DNA from: an uncultured Lachnospiraceae bacterium
GTDB lineage: Bacteria; Bacillota; Clostridia; Lachnospirales; Lachnospiraceae
NCBI GenBank assembly: GCA_951800145.1
Contig: CATOJE010000001.1
Location: 59,234-123,233 of the forward strand
Direction: 5' to 3'
Length of the DNA stretch: 64,000 bases
This document shows positions 27,926 through 38,900 of the stretch, piece after piece. A program made the translations under genes and the position numbers. Position 1 is the first letter of the stretch. The number at the start of each line of letters is the position of its first letter. The notes below the pieces were generated by a model. The model was not told the origin of the DNA. It ran no database searches and worked only from the letters and a program-made list of their open reading frames with translations.

Positions 27926-28447
27926 TTACTGATTTCGGCTATTGGGTTTGTCGTAGTCATTCAACTTATCCAACAACATCCGATAATGTTTTTGGCCAAT
28001 ATGTCTTCCAGCTCTTTGCAAGCCTTCAACACATTCTCTCACTTCATCTGCTGTCAACTCATTTTCTTCATAGGCTGCTATGAGTATACCTATTGTCCCC
28101 ATTACCTTAAAACCCATTTGAAAAGACACCATTCTTCCTTTTGCTTCATCCATCAGCAATACATCAGCATTTTGCTCATCTGTCAGAATGATGGCTTCGC
28201 TCTCCCCTTGGTCAAGCCCAGTTGCTCTTTTGAGTAAACTGGTATATTCTGGATTTTTCACAGTCTTAACTTTGATAAATTGCTTTCCTCTAATCTGATC
28301 TGCTTCAAATTTGAAACGTTCATCTGCTGTCAGCTCATCAAATACTGCCTGTGGTATAAGTACCTGCCCAAATAGTTTTTCAAGTAAACCCATACGATCT
28401 ATTTTGAGAAGCGATATCAGTGGTGTTGTATCTGATACAACTATCAT
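27926..28447 (-). CDS. PIN-domain (DUF3368) toxin-like nuclease
   Basis: IVVSDTTPLI, GLDQGESEAI, LLMDE..GR, GTIGIL. Confidence 0.85.
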   Translation of the reverse strand: MIVVSDTTPLISLLKIDRMGLLEKLFGQVLIPQAVFDELTADERFKFEADQIRGKQFIKVKTVKNPEYTSLLKRATGLDQGESEAIILTDEQNADVLLMDEAKGRMVSFQMGFKVMGTIGILIAAYEENELTADEVRECVEGLQRAGRHIGQKHYRMLLDKLNDYDKPNSRNQ

Positions 28448-28734
28448 TCTGTGGCCTCCCTCTTTTTCAACTGTCTGAACGCCTCCAGTTCTAAATCCAG
28501 ATCATCCATTGTCATATCCAAATATGAATACCCCAATTTGTCATAAATATCAATCAGCTCAGATTTTCTGATTCCCAAAATCTCTGCCGCACCGCCATGT
28601 GATATTGTCTGATTTAATATATATGGATACAGCAAAAGTGCATTTCTGACGAGCTCTGCTTCTGAGTTCATAACTTTCAGATATTTTGACATTCCTACCG
28701 GCACTCTTATTGTTACAGATTCAGTTGTTACCAT
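28444..28734 (-). CDS. UPF0175-like antitoxin
   Basis: ISHGGAAEILGI HTH; overlaps the PIN gene (ATGA). Confidence 0.7.
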   Translation of the reverse strand: MVTTESVTIRVPVGMSKYLKVMNSEAELVRNALLLYPYILNQTISHGGAAEILGIRKSELIDIYDKLGYSYLDMTMDDLDLELEAFRQLKKREATE

Positions 28735-28749
28735 AACATCGCATCCTCT

Positions 28750-29241
28750 CTATAATTTTTCCGTAAGAATCGGTACATTCACCTTACACACATCCACCCA
28801 ATCCAAATAATCGGTACAGGCCTCCAGCTCCGGTATGGTCAGCTGGATGGCGCTGTTGGCGCTTCCGCATGCAGGATACACAGTCTCGAACCGCTTCAGG
28901 GAGACATCCAGGTAGATCTCCACTCCGGGATTCACCGCGAAGGGGCAGACCCCGCCCACCCCGTGTCCGATTAACTCCAGCGCCTCCTCCGGGGTGAGCA
29001 TTTTCGCCTTTAATCCAAATCTGGCCTTATACTTGGCGTTATCGATCTTACTATCCCCGGCTGCCACGATCAGCATGGGATGCTCCTTTCCGTGGAAGGA
29101 CAGTGTCTTGGCGATCCGCTGCTCCTCACAGTTTAAGGCCTTTGCGGCTAATGCCACCGTGGCGCTGGACAGGGCAAATTCCTGAATCCGATCCTCCATT
29201 CCTCTTGCCTTAAAGTAGGCTCTTACTTTCTCTATGGCCAT
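28750..29241 (-). CDS. YbaK/EbsC aminoacyl-tRNA editing protein
   Basis: IAKTLSF, GHGVGGVCPF, YPACGS. Confidence 0.9.
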   Translation of the reverse strand: MAIEKVRAYFKARGMEDRIQEFALSSATVALAAKALNCEEQRIAKTLSFHGKEHPMLIVAAGDSKIDNAKYKARFGLKAKMLTPEEALELIGHGVGGVCPFAVNPGVEIYLDVSLKRFETVYPACGSANSAIQLTIPELEACTDYLDWVDVCKVNVPILTEKL

Positions 29242-29843
29242 AATGTTTCCTCCGGATATTCAATGATGTATTTTTCGTAGGCATTGATCACGATGGTGTC
29301 CTGATAGTGGTCCATCCGTTTAAAGCAGCTCCCATAGGTGGCATGGATGTGGCCGTGGATAAAGAACTTTGGACGGTATTTCTCCATCAGCTTAATAAAC
29401 CAGGCAAAGCCCCGGTGGGGCAGATCCTCCATGTCATTTAACTGATAGGCCGGGGCGTGGGTAATGAGGATGTCAAAACCTTTATGCTTCCAGAGCTTCC
29501 ACTTAAGCTTTCGGATCCGCTTTCCCATCTCCCGCTCTGAATACTGGTTCTCCACTCCCGGCTGATACCGCATGGAGCCTCCCAGGCCCAGGATCCGGAT
29601 CCCATGGTACACGAAGATATCGTCGTCAATGCAGATGCAGCCTCCCATGTCCTCGCCCTCATAGTGGTCGTGATTCCCATTGATGAAAAGGAGCGGGGCA
29701 TGGGACATAGTGACCAGAAAGGATAGATAGCTGGAGTGGAGATCGCCGCAGGACAGGATCAGGTCAATATCCTCCAGCATGCCCGGCTGATAAAAATCGT
29801 AGAGTATTTTTGATTCCTCATCTGCTATTACCAGAATCTTCAT
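29232..29843 (-). CDS. Calcineurin-like metallophosphoesterase
   Basis: IADEE, CGDL, GNHD, ITHAP, HGHIH. Confidence 0.9.
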   Translation of the reverse strand: MKILVIADEESKILYDFYQPGMLEDIDLILSCGDLHSSYLSFLVTMSHAPLLFINGNHDHYEGEDMGGCICIDDDIFVYHGIRILGLGGSMRYQPGVENQYSEREMGKRIRKLKWKLWKHKGFDILITHAPAYQLNDMEDLPHRGFAWFIKLMEKYRPKFFIHGHIHATYGSCFKRMDHYQDTIVINAYEKYIIEYPEETLWP

Positions 29844-31794
29844 GGTCTGCCGCCTTTGCCTCCGTTTTCTCCTTCAAAGTAATCCCCTGAAGCTTTACCA
29901 GCTCCAGCGCCTCCCCGGTCAGCTCCTCATACTTGGGAACAGAGCCTTCGATGTTTTCCGCCAGCCAATCCATGGTGACGATCTCTTTTGGAGTCAGCTT
30001 ATTATTTCCGTCGCAGCGGCAGACCCCGTCCCTTGAGTAGATGTCAAAGTCAAAGGGATGGAAGCTTCCGCTTCGGATGGATTGCTTTAAAAAGGTGATC
30101 AGCCGCTGGGTTCCTCTGGGGAGCTTCTGGGAGCAGATCACATCGATCACCTCCGCCGACATACCCCACCAATAGTTTACCGCCTGCTTGCCCTTGGTGT
30201 TCGGGCTTCCCTTTCCGCTCTGGCGGATCTGCTGGACGATCCGCTCGTAAAACTTTCCCCAATGCCAGATGGGGGTGGCCAGGATGGTGAGGGTTCCATC
30301 CTTTTCCTTGTGGAGCAGGCCGAATTCCCTGGCAGGGGAGATAGGGGTGATCATATCATCGGCGGAGATGTAGGTGATCCCCTCCTCCTGAAGATCCTCC
30401 AGCACATTAGCATCCTTTACGGATTTCCATTTTAAGTGGACCCGGACTCTTGGATTGATCATCCGGGCGCCGATGGCAAAGGCATTCACATTTGCCAGAG
30501 AGCCGTAGATGGGATAATCGGCGATATAGCCTAAGTCGTCCCTCCCGGACACAGAGGCTGCGATACAGCCCAGAAGGAACTTAGCCTCATACATCCTGCC
30601 GTAGTAGGTCCGCAGGGAGGAGTAGGAGGTGTTCACATTACAGTTTAGAATCGCCACCTCCGGATGCTCTACCGCCTCCTTCACACTGGCCTGGATCATC
30701 CTGGGGGTGGTGGTAAAGATCAGATGGCTTCCTGCCTCCAGCGCCTTCTGGATGGAGGCTGACACCGCGGCGTCTGTATCCGCCTCCAGGAAGGAGAGGG
30801 TCTCTGCCTCCTTCCCCATGGCCTGCTCCAGGTACAGCCTTCCCAGCTCATGGCCGTAGGTCCAGCTGGAGGTCTCCGGTGTCTTCTCATAGATAAAGGC
30901 GATCCGCAGGGGCTGCTCCCCGGCAGAGGGGGAAAGGAGGTTTCGAAGGCTTAGGGAGGAGGACTTTTTCGTCTGCTCCGGCTGCTCCATAAGGGCCACT
31001 ACATCTCCATCCCTGGCCTTCAGCTCCAGCTCCTGGCGCACCTTCTCAAAATCCTTCTGGATCTGGTTCTCCATCCGCCCCTTCACTTCCTCGTATCCGA
31101 AGATCTCCGCATAGATGAGAAAGGCGTCGGAGCAGGTCAGGCCAAGGGAAGGGCCCCCCTTGCTGTAAAACACCTTGGAGAACCGGTCATAGACTGCTTT
31201 AAAGTAGGAGCGGTCGTCGTCACTCCAGATCTGATCCGGCTCCTTCCCCATCACCTTTAAAAGCTTTTGATAGCTTCCCTCCTGGCTGAACCACACATCG
31301 CAGTTAAAGGACACCTGATAGAAATCCAGGAATTCATAGTACAGCTTATTTTCCTTTTCCTCGCTTCGTCTTGGCAGCAGCCGGGTCACCTGGCCGTGGA
31401 TGCTGAAGGCCCCCAGATACTTTAACACGCTGACCCGCTTATTCCCCTCCTGGACGTAGTATTTATTCATAAATTCGTACACCTGGATGGGATCATGGAT
31501 ACCCTCCTCCATCTGGGAATCAAACAGTGTGGACCACTTGACCCCAAACTCCGTCTTCTCGGACAGCAGCGGCATGAAATTGCTGGCGAAGGCATTAGTC
31601 CTGCCCTTGGTCTTGGTTCCTATGATCCGGTTCAGGGGAATATCCACTAAGCCGATATTCACCTCTGAGACAATATCGGTGTAGGAGAGAATATCGTCCA
31701 GCACCGGAAGGTAGGGATACTCTCCCTTAAGCAAGGATGCCTGATACTGCTTTCTGCCGCTTTTTAATGCCCGGCTGTAGTCATATAATGCCAT
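29818..31794 (-). CDS. ParB-like N-terminal domain fused to a BMP-family nucleoside-binding domain (no signal peptide)
   Basis: PIQVYE..YYVQEGNKRVSV (ParB/Srx GxxR motif); SWTYGHELGR, YYGRMYEAKFL, NAFAIGARMINP (BMP). Confidence 0.75.
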   Translation of the reverse strand: MALYDYSRALKSGRKQYQASLLKGEYPYLPVLDDILSYTDIVSEVNIGLVDIPLNRIIGTKTKGRTNAFASNFMPLLSEKTEFGVKWSTLFDSQMEEGIHDPIQVYEFMNKYYVQEGNKRVSVLKYLGAFSIHGQVTRLLPRRSEEKENKLYYEFLDFYQVSFNCDVWFSQEGSYQKLLKVMGKEPDQIWSDDDRSYFKAVYDRFSKVFYSKGGPSLGLTCSDAFLIYAEIFGYEEVKGRMENQIQKDFEKVRQELELKARDGDVVALMEQPEQTKKSSSLSLRNLLSPSAGEQPLRIAFIYEKTPETSSWTYGHELGRLYLEQAMGKEAETLSFLEADTDAAVSASIQKALEAGSHLIFTTTPRMIQASVKEAVEHPEVAILNCNVNTSYSSLRTYYGRMYEAKFLLGCIAASVSGRDDLGYIADYPIYGSLANVNAFAIGARMINPRVRVHLKWKSVKDANVLEDLQEEGITYISADDMITPISPAREFGLLHKEKDGTLTILATPIWHWGKFYERIVQQIRQSGKGSPNTKGKQAVNYWWGMSAEVIDVICSQKLPRGTQRLITFLKQSIRSGSFHPFDFDIYSRDGVCRCDGNNKLTPKEIVTMDWLAENIEGSVPKYEELTGEALELVKLQGITLKEKTEAKAADHEDSGNSR

Positions 31795-31807
31795 AAACGT
31801 TCCCTTT

Positions 31808-32407
31808 CTAGTTTTTCCCGATTAATTCGATGCACAGGGTAAAGATATCCTCATCCTCCACAGGCTTTGGGGTGTAGAGCGTATATTTTGCGCCGTTTTT
31901 GCTCCAGCTTGCCAGGCGGCCGCCGCTGACTGTGGTTTTTACCAGCAGGTCCTCATCCGCCCCGCAGTCTGAGAGGGCGGAAACCTCCTCCTCAAACTCC
32001 TCGAAGATCCCGGCGAAATCCTCTGCGTGGACCGCTCCCCGGTAGGAATAGGGCGCCTCCTCCAGGGTGAAGGTGATCTCACCGATTTCTCCGCTGATTA
32101 AGTAGTACTTCCCGTCTTCCGCCCCTTCCGGCGCCTCCATGGAAAGGCCGGCTTCCTTCAGCCCCTCCGGCCCATCCAGGTCTTCATAAGGATTGGGCAT
32201 CTCTTCCCCGGTCTTTGTGGCAGCGGATTCTTCTCCGGATTCCTCCCCCGCAGCGCTCCCGCCTTCTGCGGCTGTAGTCTCCCCGGCTGCCTGGGTCTCA
32301 TTTCCATCCGGCTTACAGCTGGTGACTGCTATGGCTGTAAGGCCTGCGATTGCTAATATCATCCATTTTTTCATTGATCGATCCTCCCTTTCCTTCCAGA
32401 TGTTCAA
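31808..32407 (-). CDS. Lipoprotein, unknown function
   Basis: MKKWMILAIAGLTAIAVTSC lipobox; acidic linker; MPNPY motif. Confidence 0.7.
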   Translation of the reverse strand: MNIWKEREDRSMKKWMILAIAGLTAIAVTSCKPDGNETQAAGETTAAEGGSAAGEESGEESAATKTGEEMPNPYEDLDGPEGLKEAGLSMEAPEGAEDGKYYLISGEIGEITFTLEEAPYSYRGAVHAEDFAGIFEEFEEEVSALSDCGADEDLLVKTTVSGGRLASWSKNGAKYTLYTPKPVEDEDIFTLCIELIGKN

Positions 32408-32472
32408 GGTACGTTCCCCGTACGCCTATAGGTTGATGCACATCTGACAAAAAATCATCTCATAAAAGGTTC

Positions 32473-33705
32473 TTAGTTCTGCTCTGTCTTCGGACAGGCG
32501 AAATTCTGACTGCTGTACAAGCTGTAATATCCTGACATGGCGAAGCTCACGGCTATGATGATGGCAAAGTAGGGAAGCCCCTCCCCGCCGAACATCTCCA
32601 GAGCGATAATCAGGGTGGCCACCGGACAGTTGGTCACCCCCACAAAGAGGGCCGCCATGCCGCAGGCGGCAAAGAGGGACGGGGAAACCCCCAGTATCTG
32701 TCCCACGGTACAGCCAAAGGCGGCTCCCACACACAGGGTGGGGACGATCTCTCCCCCCTTAAAGCCCCCTCCTAAAGCCACTGCCGTAAAGATTGCCTTT
32801 AACAGGAATGCCTCATAGGCCACATGGCCCTCCATCGCCTCCTCTATCAGCTCCATGCTGCTGCCGTTATAGACCCGTGTGCCGGAAAGGAGGGTAATGG
32901 CGATGAAGATCCCGCTGGCCGCCAGGATTCTTATGTAGGGATTGGGGAACTGCTTGTGATACAGCTTCTCCGCCCGGTGCAGCAGGGTGCAGAAGCCGAT
33001 GCTCACCAGGGCGCAGAGAATGCCTAACAGCACCATGTACCCGGCTCCGGCCAGTCCGAACTCCGGCATATCAAGGATGGTAAAGCGCTCCCCCGCCACC
33101 CCCATCCAGCTGGCGATCCTGGAGCCGATAAAGGCGGCGAAGATGCTGGGAAACAGCGCCGCGTAATGCATCACGCCGATGTTTACCACCTCCAGGGAGA
33201 AGATCCCGGCAGCCGCCGGGGTCCCGAACATAGTTCCGAATACTGCGCTCATGCCGCACATCAGCGCAGTCTGTCTGTCCTTTGTATTAAACCTTAAGGC
33301 CCGGCTGATAATGGTTCCCAGGCAGCCCCCCAGCTGAAGGGCCGCCCCCTCCCGTCCGGAGGAGCCGCCCACCAGATGGGTCAGAATCGTGGAGATAAAA
33401 ATCAGCGGGCCGGTGGCCAGGGTGATCTGCTTCTGGGAGGCCAGGGCCTCCAGCACCCCATTAGTCCCCCGGTTTTTTTCCTCGTGAAAGACCTGGTACA
33501 GGAACACGATCAGCACTCCTGCCGCCGGCATCAGGTACAGCATCCAGCTGTGGCTTACCCGAAAGCTTGTGACGAAGCTGACGCATTTGGCAAAGATGCA
33601 GCCCGCCAGCCCGCCCACGCAGCCTAACAGGCAGGATATGGCCGTCCATTTTAAAAAGTAACTGGTATTTTCCTTCAGGGATCTCTTCTGCTGTGAAAAT
33701 TTCAT
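32473..33705 (-). CDS. ClC-family chloride/fluoride channel or antiporter
   Basis: GGSSGREGAALQ, GGEIVP motifs; multi-TM. Confidence 0.9.
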   Translation of the reverse strand: MKFSQQKRSLKENTSYFLKWTAISCLLGCVGGLAGCIFAKCVSFVTSFRVSHSWMLYLMPAAGVLIVFLYQVFHEEKNRGTNGVLEALASQKQITLATGPLIFISTILTHLVGGSSGREGAALQLGGCLGTIISRALRFNTKDRQTALMCGMSAVFGTMFGTPAAAGIFSLEVVNIGVMHYAALFPSIFAAFIGSRIASWMGVAGERFTILDMPEFGLAGAGYMVLLGILCALVSIGFCTLLHRAEKLYHKQFPNPYIRILAASGIFIAITLLSGTRVYNGSSMELIEEAMEGHVAYEAFLLKAIFTAVALGGGFKGGEIVPTLCVGAAFGCTVGQILGVSPSLFAACGMAALFVGVTNCPVATLIIALEMFGGEGLPYFAIIIAVSFAMSGYYSLYSSQNFACPKTEQN

Positions 33706-33735
33706 AATCGTCTGCCGCCCTTTTTTCGATCTTCC

Positions 33736-34965
33736 TTATTCGCTGTAAATCCCTTTGGATTTCACCAGCTTGGGCCGGTAGCCTCCGTCATTCAGCGCTG
33801 CCACGATGGCATTCTTATGCTCGGATCCAAAGGCCTCCACCGTGATCCGCAGCTCCACTGCCGCGTTCCGGTTAATGCTGATAAACTGGTTGTGCTCCAG
33901 CTTAATTACATTCGCCTGCTCTCTGGCCAGAAGGGCGGAGACAGCGGCTAATTCTCCTGGCTTATCCGGCAGCAGCACAGATACGGTAAAGATCCGATCC
34001 CGCTGGATCAAGCCGTGCTGAATCACGGAGGCCATGGTGATCACGTCCATATTTCCGCCGCTGAGGATGGAGACGATCTTTTTCTTCTCCACATTCATGT
34101 GGCGCAGGGCGGCTACGGTGAGGAGGCCGGAGTTTTCCACGATCATCTTGTGGTTCTCCACCATGTCCAGGAAGGCCACGATCAGCTCGGAGTCCTCGAT
34201 GGTGATAATGTCGTCCACATTCTCCTGGATGTAGGGGAATACCTTCTCCCCCGGGCGCTTCACCGCCGTGCCGTCGGCGATGGTGCTCACCTCCGGCAGG
34301 GTTACCACCTCCCCGGCCTTTAAGGAGGCCTTCATGCAGGCGGCGCCTGCCGGCTCCACCCCGATCACCTTGATCTTGGGATTTAAAAGCTTTGCCAGGG
34401 TGGCGACCCCGGCGCAGAGCCCGCCTCCGCCGATGGGCACCAGGATGTAGTCCACCGTGGGCAGCTCCTTGATGATCTCCATGGCGATGGTCCCCTGGCC
34501 GGCCGCCACCTCCAGATCGTCAAAGGGGTGGATAAAGGTGTGCCCATTCTCCTCCGCCAGGTTCATGGCATAGGCGCAGGACTCGTCAAATACATCGCCC
34601 TCCAGCAGAACCTCTGCCCCATAATTTTTCGTGCGGTTTACCTTGATTAAGGGCGTGGTGGTGGGCATCACCACCGTGGCCTCCACCCCTGCCAGCTTCG
34701 CCGCGTAGGCGACTCCCTGGGCATGGTTTCCGGCAGAGGCGGTGATCAGGCCCTTCTCCCGCTCCTCTGGGCTCAGGGTGCTGATCTTATAGTAGGCCCC
34801 CCGCACCTTATAGGCTCCGGTGTACTGCATATTTTCCGGCTTCAGATATACTTTATTCCCCGTTAATCCAGAATAGTATTCGCTGTAAATCAGCTTGGTC
34901 TCCTGGATCACCTTGCTGACCGCCTCGGTTGCCTCTTCAAATGTCTCTAACGATAACTTATCCAT
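33736..34965 (-). CDS. ilvA: Threonine ammonia-lyase with ACT domain
   Basis: ENMQYTGAYKVRGA PLP lysine, ASAGNHAQG, SGGN, LPDKPG ACT. Confidence 0.93.
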   Translation of the reverse strand: MDKLSLETFEEATEAVSKVIQETKLIYSEYYSGLTGNKVYLKPENMQYTGAYKVRGAYYKISTLSPEEREKGLITASAGNHAQGVAYAAKLAGVEATVVMPTTTPLIKVNRTKNYGAEVLLEGDVFDESCAYAMNLAEENGHTFIHPFDDLEVAAGQGTIAMEIIKELPTVDYILVPIGGGGLCAGVATLAKLLNPKIKVIGVEPAGAACMKASLKAGEVVTLPEVSTIADGTAVKRPGEKVFPYIQENVDDIITIEDSELIVAFLDMVENHKMIVENSGLLTVAALRHMNVEKKKIVSILSGGNMDVITMASVIQHGLIQRDRIFTVSVLLPDKPGELAAVSALLAREQANVIKLEHNQFISINRNAAVELRITVEAFGSEHKNAIVAALNDGGYRPKLVKSKGIYSE

Positions 34966-35017
34966 TTCCTTTTCCTCCTTCGCTGTCTCCTGCTTCCTGT
35001 GTCTGTATATAAGCCCC

Positions 35018-35953
35018 TCATTCCGTCTTTACCTGGAACAGGGCATTGATAAAGCTGTCCGCGTCAAACTTCTGCAAATCGTCTATGGTTTCTCCGATTC
35101 CTACGTATTTAACCGGGATCCCAAGCTCCGACTGGATGGCCACGGCGATGCCGCCCTTGGCTGTGCCGTCCAGCTTGGTGAGAATGATGCCGGTGATCTG
35201 CGCTACCTCCATAAACTGGCGCGCCTGGACCATGGCATTCTGGCCGGTGGTGCCGTCTAATACTACCAGGGTTTCCCGGTACACATCCGGATATTCCTTG
35301 TCAATGATCCGGTTGATCTTTTTTAATTCCTCCATCAGATTCTTCTTATTATGAAGGCGGCCTGCGGTGTCGCAGATCAGCACGTCCGCATGGCGGGCCT
35401 TGGCCGCGGCCACTGCGTCGTAGATCACCGCCGCGGGATCTGATCCCTCCTGCTGGGCGATAATCTCCACCCCCGCCCGGTTAGCCCACTCGGTCAGCTG
35501 CTCGATGGCGGCTGCCCGGAAGGTGTCCGCTGCCGCCAGCACCACCCGCTTTCCCCGACTTTTCAGCTGCCCTGCCAGCTTGCCTATGGAGGTGGTCTTT
35601 CCCACCCCGTTGACGCCGATCACCAGGACCACCGAGGTGCGGTGCTCGAACTCGTAGGCATTCTCCCCCAGGTTCATCTGGTTCTTCATGCTCTCGATCA
35701 GTACCTCCTTGCACTGGCCTGGCTCCTTGATGTGCTGCTCCTTCACCTTCTGGCGCAGATCCTCCACGATGGCCATGGTGGTCTGTATGCCGATGTCGCC
35801 CATAATCAGCGTTTCCTCTATCTCCTCATAGAAGTCATCGTCAATGGCGGAAAACCCGCTGAATATGGAGTCGATGCCGGATACGATATTGTCTCTGGTT
35901 TTCGTCAGCCCCTCCACCAGGCGGCCGAAAAAGCCTTTCCTTCCCTCGCTCAT
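35018..35953 (-). CDS. ftsY: SRP receptor FtsY
   Basis: [31 protein letters not shown]. Confidence 0.98.
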   Translation of the reverse strand: MSEGRKGFFGRLVEGLTKTRDNIVSGIDSIFSGFSAIDDDFYEEIEETLIMGDIGIQTTMAIVEDLRQKVKEQHIKEPGQCKEVLIESMKNQMNLGENAYEFEHRTSVVLVIGVNGVGKTTSIGKLAGQLKSRGKRVVLAAADTFRAAAIEQLTEWANRAGVEIIAQQEGSDPAAVIYDAVAAAKARHADVLICDTAGRLHNKKNLMEELKKINRIIDKEYPDVYRETLVVLDGTTGQNAMVQARQFMEVAQITGIILTKLDGTAKGGIAVAIQSELGIPVKYVGIGETIDDLQKFDADSFINALFQVKTE

Positions 35954-35992
35954 ATGAGCCTCCTTTCTATCTATGTTAAATCCTTATAGCCC

Positions 35993-38900
35993 TTATTTTT
36001 CCAGATCCGCCTCGATAAGGTTCACCGATACCAGGGTGGATACTCCCTTTTCCTGCATGGTAATACCGTAGAGCCGGTCTGAGGACACCATGGTGCCTCT
36101 CCGGTGGGTGATCACGATAAACTGGGTATTTCTTGTTAATTTGTGTAAATATCCGGCGAACCGGTCCACATTCGAGTCATCCAGCGCTGCCTCGATCTCA
36201 TCCAGAAGGCAGAAGGGGGATGGCTTTAAGTTCTGGATGGCAAAGAGCAGGGCAATGGCGGTGAGGGCCTTCTCCCCGCCGGAGAGCTGCATCATGTTCT
36301 GCAGCTTCTTTCCCGGGGGCTGGGAGATGATCTGGATTCCCGCCTCCAGGATATCCTCCCCCTCCATCAGCTCTAAGGTTCCCCGCCCTCCGCCGAAAAG
36401 CTCCTTAAATACCTTGTCAAACTCCTGGCGGATCCTGGCAAACTGCTCCTCGAACTGGCGGCGCATCCCGGTGTCCAGCTCTTCGATAATCTTAAGCAGC
36501 GCCTCCTCCGCCAGAATCAGGTCGTCATGCTGGGTTTTTAAAAATTCATACCGCTCCCGGATCTCCTTATAATCCTCGATGGCATTTACATTTACATTCC
36601 CCAGGCTCTTGATGGCGGATTTGATGGATTCGATCCGCTTCTTCATCTCCGGGACGGAGGTAAGCTCCAGATCCCGCAGCTTTTCTGCTGTGCTGTAGGT
36701 AAGCTCGTACTCGTTCCACATATAGTTTACCTGGTGCTCCAGCCTTTCGTCCAGCTTTTCCTTCTGGCTTTGGAGGCGGAACAGATCCTTATCTAACAGG
36801 CGGATCTTCTCTGTGGCCTCCTCCTGCCTGGCAAACAGTGACTTTTGCTCCTGGCTTTTCTCTTCCTTTCTCTGGTTTTCCTTCTGCGTCTTCTCTGTGA
36901 TTTCCTTTATCTGGCTCTCTGCCTGGGAAATCTCCGCCTCCATCCTCTGGATCGCCTGAAGCTTCCCGGCGATGACCTCCTGGGAATCCCCCTGGCCGGA
37001 GGATAGTCCCGAAAGCTCCTCCTTAAGCTTTCGGATCTCCTCGTGGACACGGCGGATATTTTCCTTCACAAAGCTGGCCTCCTGCTGGTAGTTAGCGGTC
37101 TCCAGGCGGATCCCGGACAGCTCCCCTGCCTGGCTCTCCCTGGCCTGGCGGCTTTCCTCCAGCCGGGACTGCTTCGCCTCGATCTCCTGGTTCCGCCTGG
37201 CATTCCCCTCCTCCAGACTGCGGATGGCATCCTCCAGCAGGCTCCGGCTCTCCTTAAGCTCCTTTCCCTGCTCCTCCAGCTGTCCATGCTCCAGCACCAG
37301 GTCTCTGGAGGACTCCCGGATCTCCGCCTTCCGGCTTTCCATCTGGCTGATATTCATCTGCATGGTATTCTGTTCTAAGTATTTTTCCTGAAGGCCGGCC
37401 TTAACCTCCTCCAGCTCCTTCCGGATATGGCTTAAGGACTGCTCTGCCTGGGAAAGCTCCTGCTCCAGCCCCTCGGCGGCCTTCAGCGCCTTCTCACAGG
37501 CCTGCTCTAATTCCTCGATCTCCCGCTTTCTTCCCAGAAGGTTGCTGCTGTTTTTAAAGGCGCCGCCGGTCATGGAGCCCCCGGCACTTAGAAGCTCTCC
37601 GTCTAAGGTGACGATGCGCAGACTGTACTGGAATTTCCTTGCCAGGGCGATGGCGTGGTCGATGTGATCCGCCACCACCACCCGGCCCAGGAGGTGCCCC
37701 ATCAGCTTCTCATAGACAGGGGCGGTGTGAATCAGCTGGTTTGCCAGCCCTACCACCCCCGGCTCCCCCAGGGCCTTCTCCGGCGCCCCGCCGCCCCGGC
37801 CCTGGCCTACGCTGGTTAAGGGGAGAAAGGTGGCGCGGCCATACCGGTTTTTCTTCAGATAACCGATGAGCTGCTTGGCCGTCTCCTCAGAGTCTGTGAC
37901 GATATTTTGGATGCTGCCTCCCAGGGCTGTCTCGATGGCTGTCTCATACTGCTTCTCTGTGGTAATTAAGTCCGCCACCACCCCGTGGATGCCCCGGATC
38001 CGATCCTTTACATCCATCACACGGCGGATGCTGTTGCCGTAGCCCTCGTACCGCTCTGCTATGTTCCGCAGGGAGTCCAGCTTTGTGTAATTCGCCTGGT
38101 AGCTCTGGTGGGTTTCATTTAAGTTCCGGCTGATCCGGCGGACCTCTCCCTCCATCTTAAGGCCTGCCTGTTCCAGCTCCTTCTGGTGATGGGAGGAGGC
38201 TTCTATCTCCTGCTTCAGGGCGGATAGCTTTCCCCGCTCCTCATTCAGCAGATCCTCCTGCACCGCCTCGTCGCTGCGTATCTTTAATAGTTTCTGGCTG
38301 ATCTCGCTGCGGCGCACATTCACCTGCTCCAGCATGGTTTCGTAGCGCTGCTGCTTTACATTTACCTCAGCCCGCTGGTTCAGCGCGTCGATCACAGCGC
38401 TTTTCGTCGCCTCCAGCTCCTGCTCCAGCTCCTGGATGGCTACGTCTGCATCCATCAGGGCGATCTCCGCGTCCTTCTGCTGCTTCAGCACTGCTTCCGC
38501 CTGGGCGGATAATGCCTGCTCCTTCTGGCTGTAATCCTCCAGCTGGCCTTCTCTCTGGCTTATCTCCTCCTGGACCGCTCCCATCCGGCTCTGAAGATGC
38601 TCTGCATTCATCCGCTCCGTATTGATCTGCTCCTTTTGTACATTGATCTGGCCCTCCAGGGTGCTTTTTTTCATATTTTCCTGGTTGATCTGATCCCGGT
38701 GGACAGACAGGCTTTCATCCAGCCCTGCAATCTCCTCTGCCAGGCGGTCATAATCGCTTTTAATGGTCTCTGCCATCCTCCGGGCCCCCTCCAGGTCCCC
38801 GGCGACGATCCCTTCCCGCTCCTCCAGGCCTTTTTTCTGCTCCTTCAGCTCCCGGCTCTCTAAGAGAAAGGCATTGGCATCGTAGGTTTTTAATTCCTCC

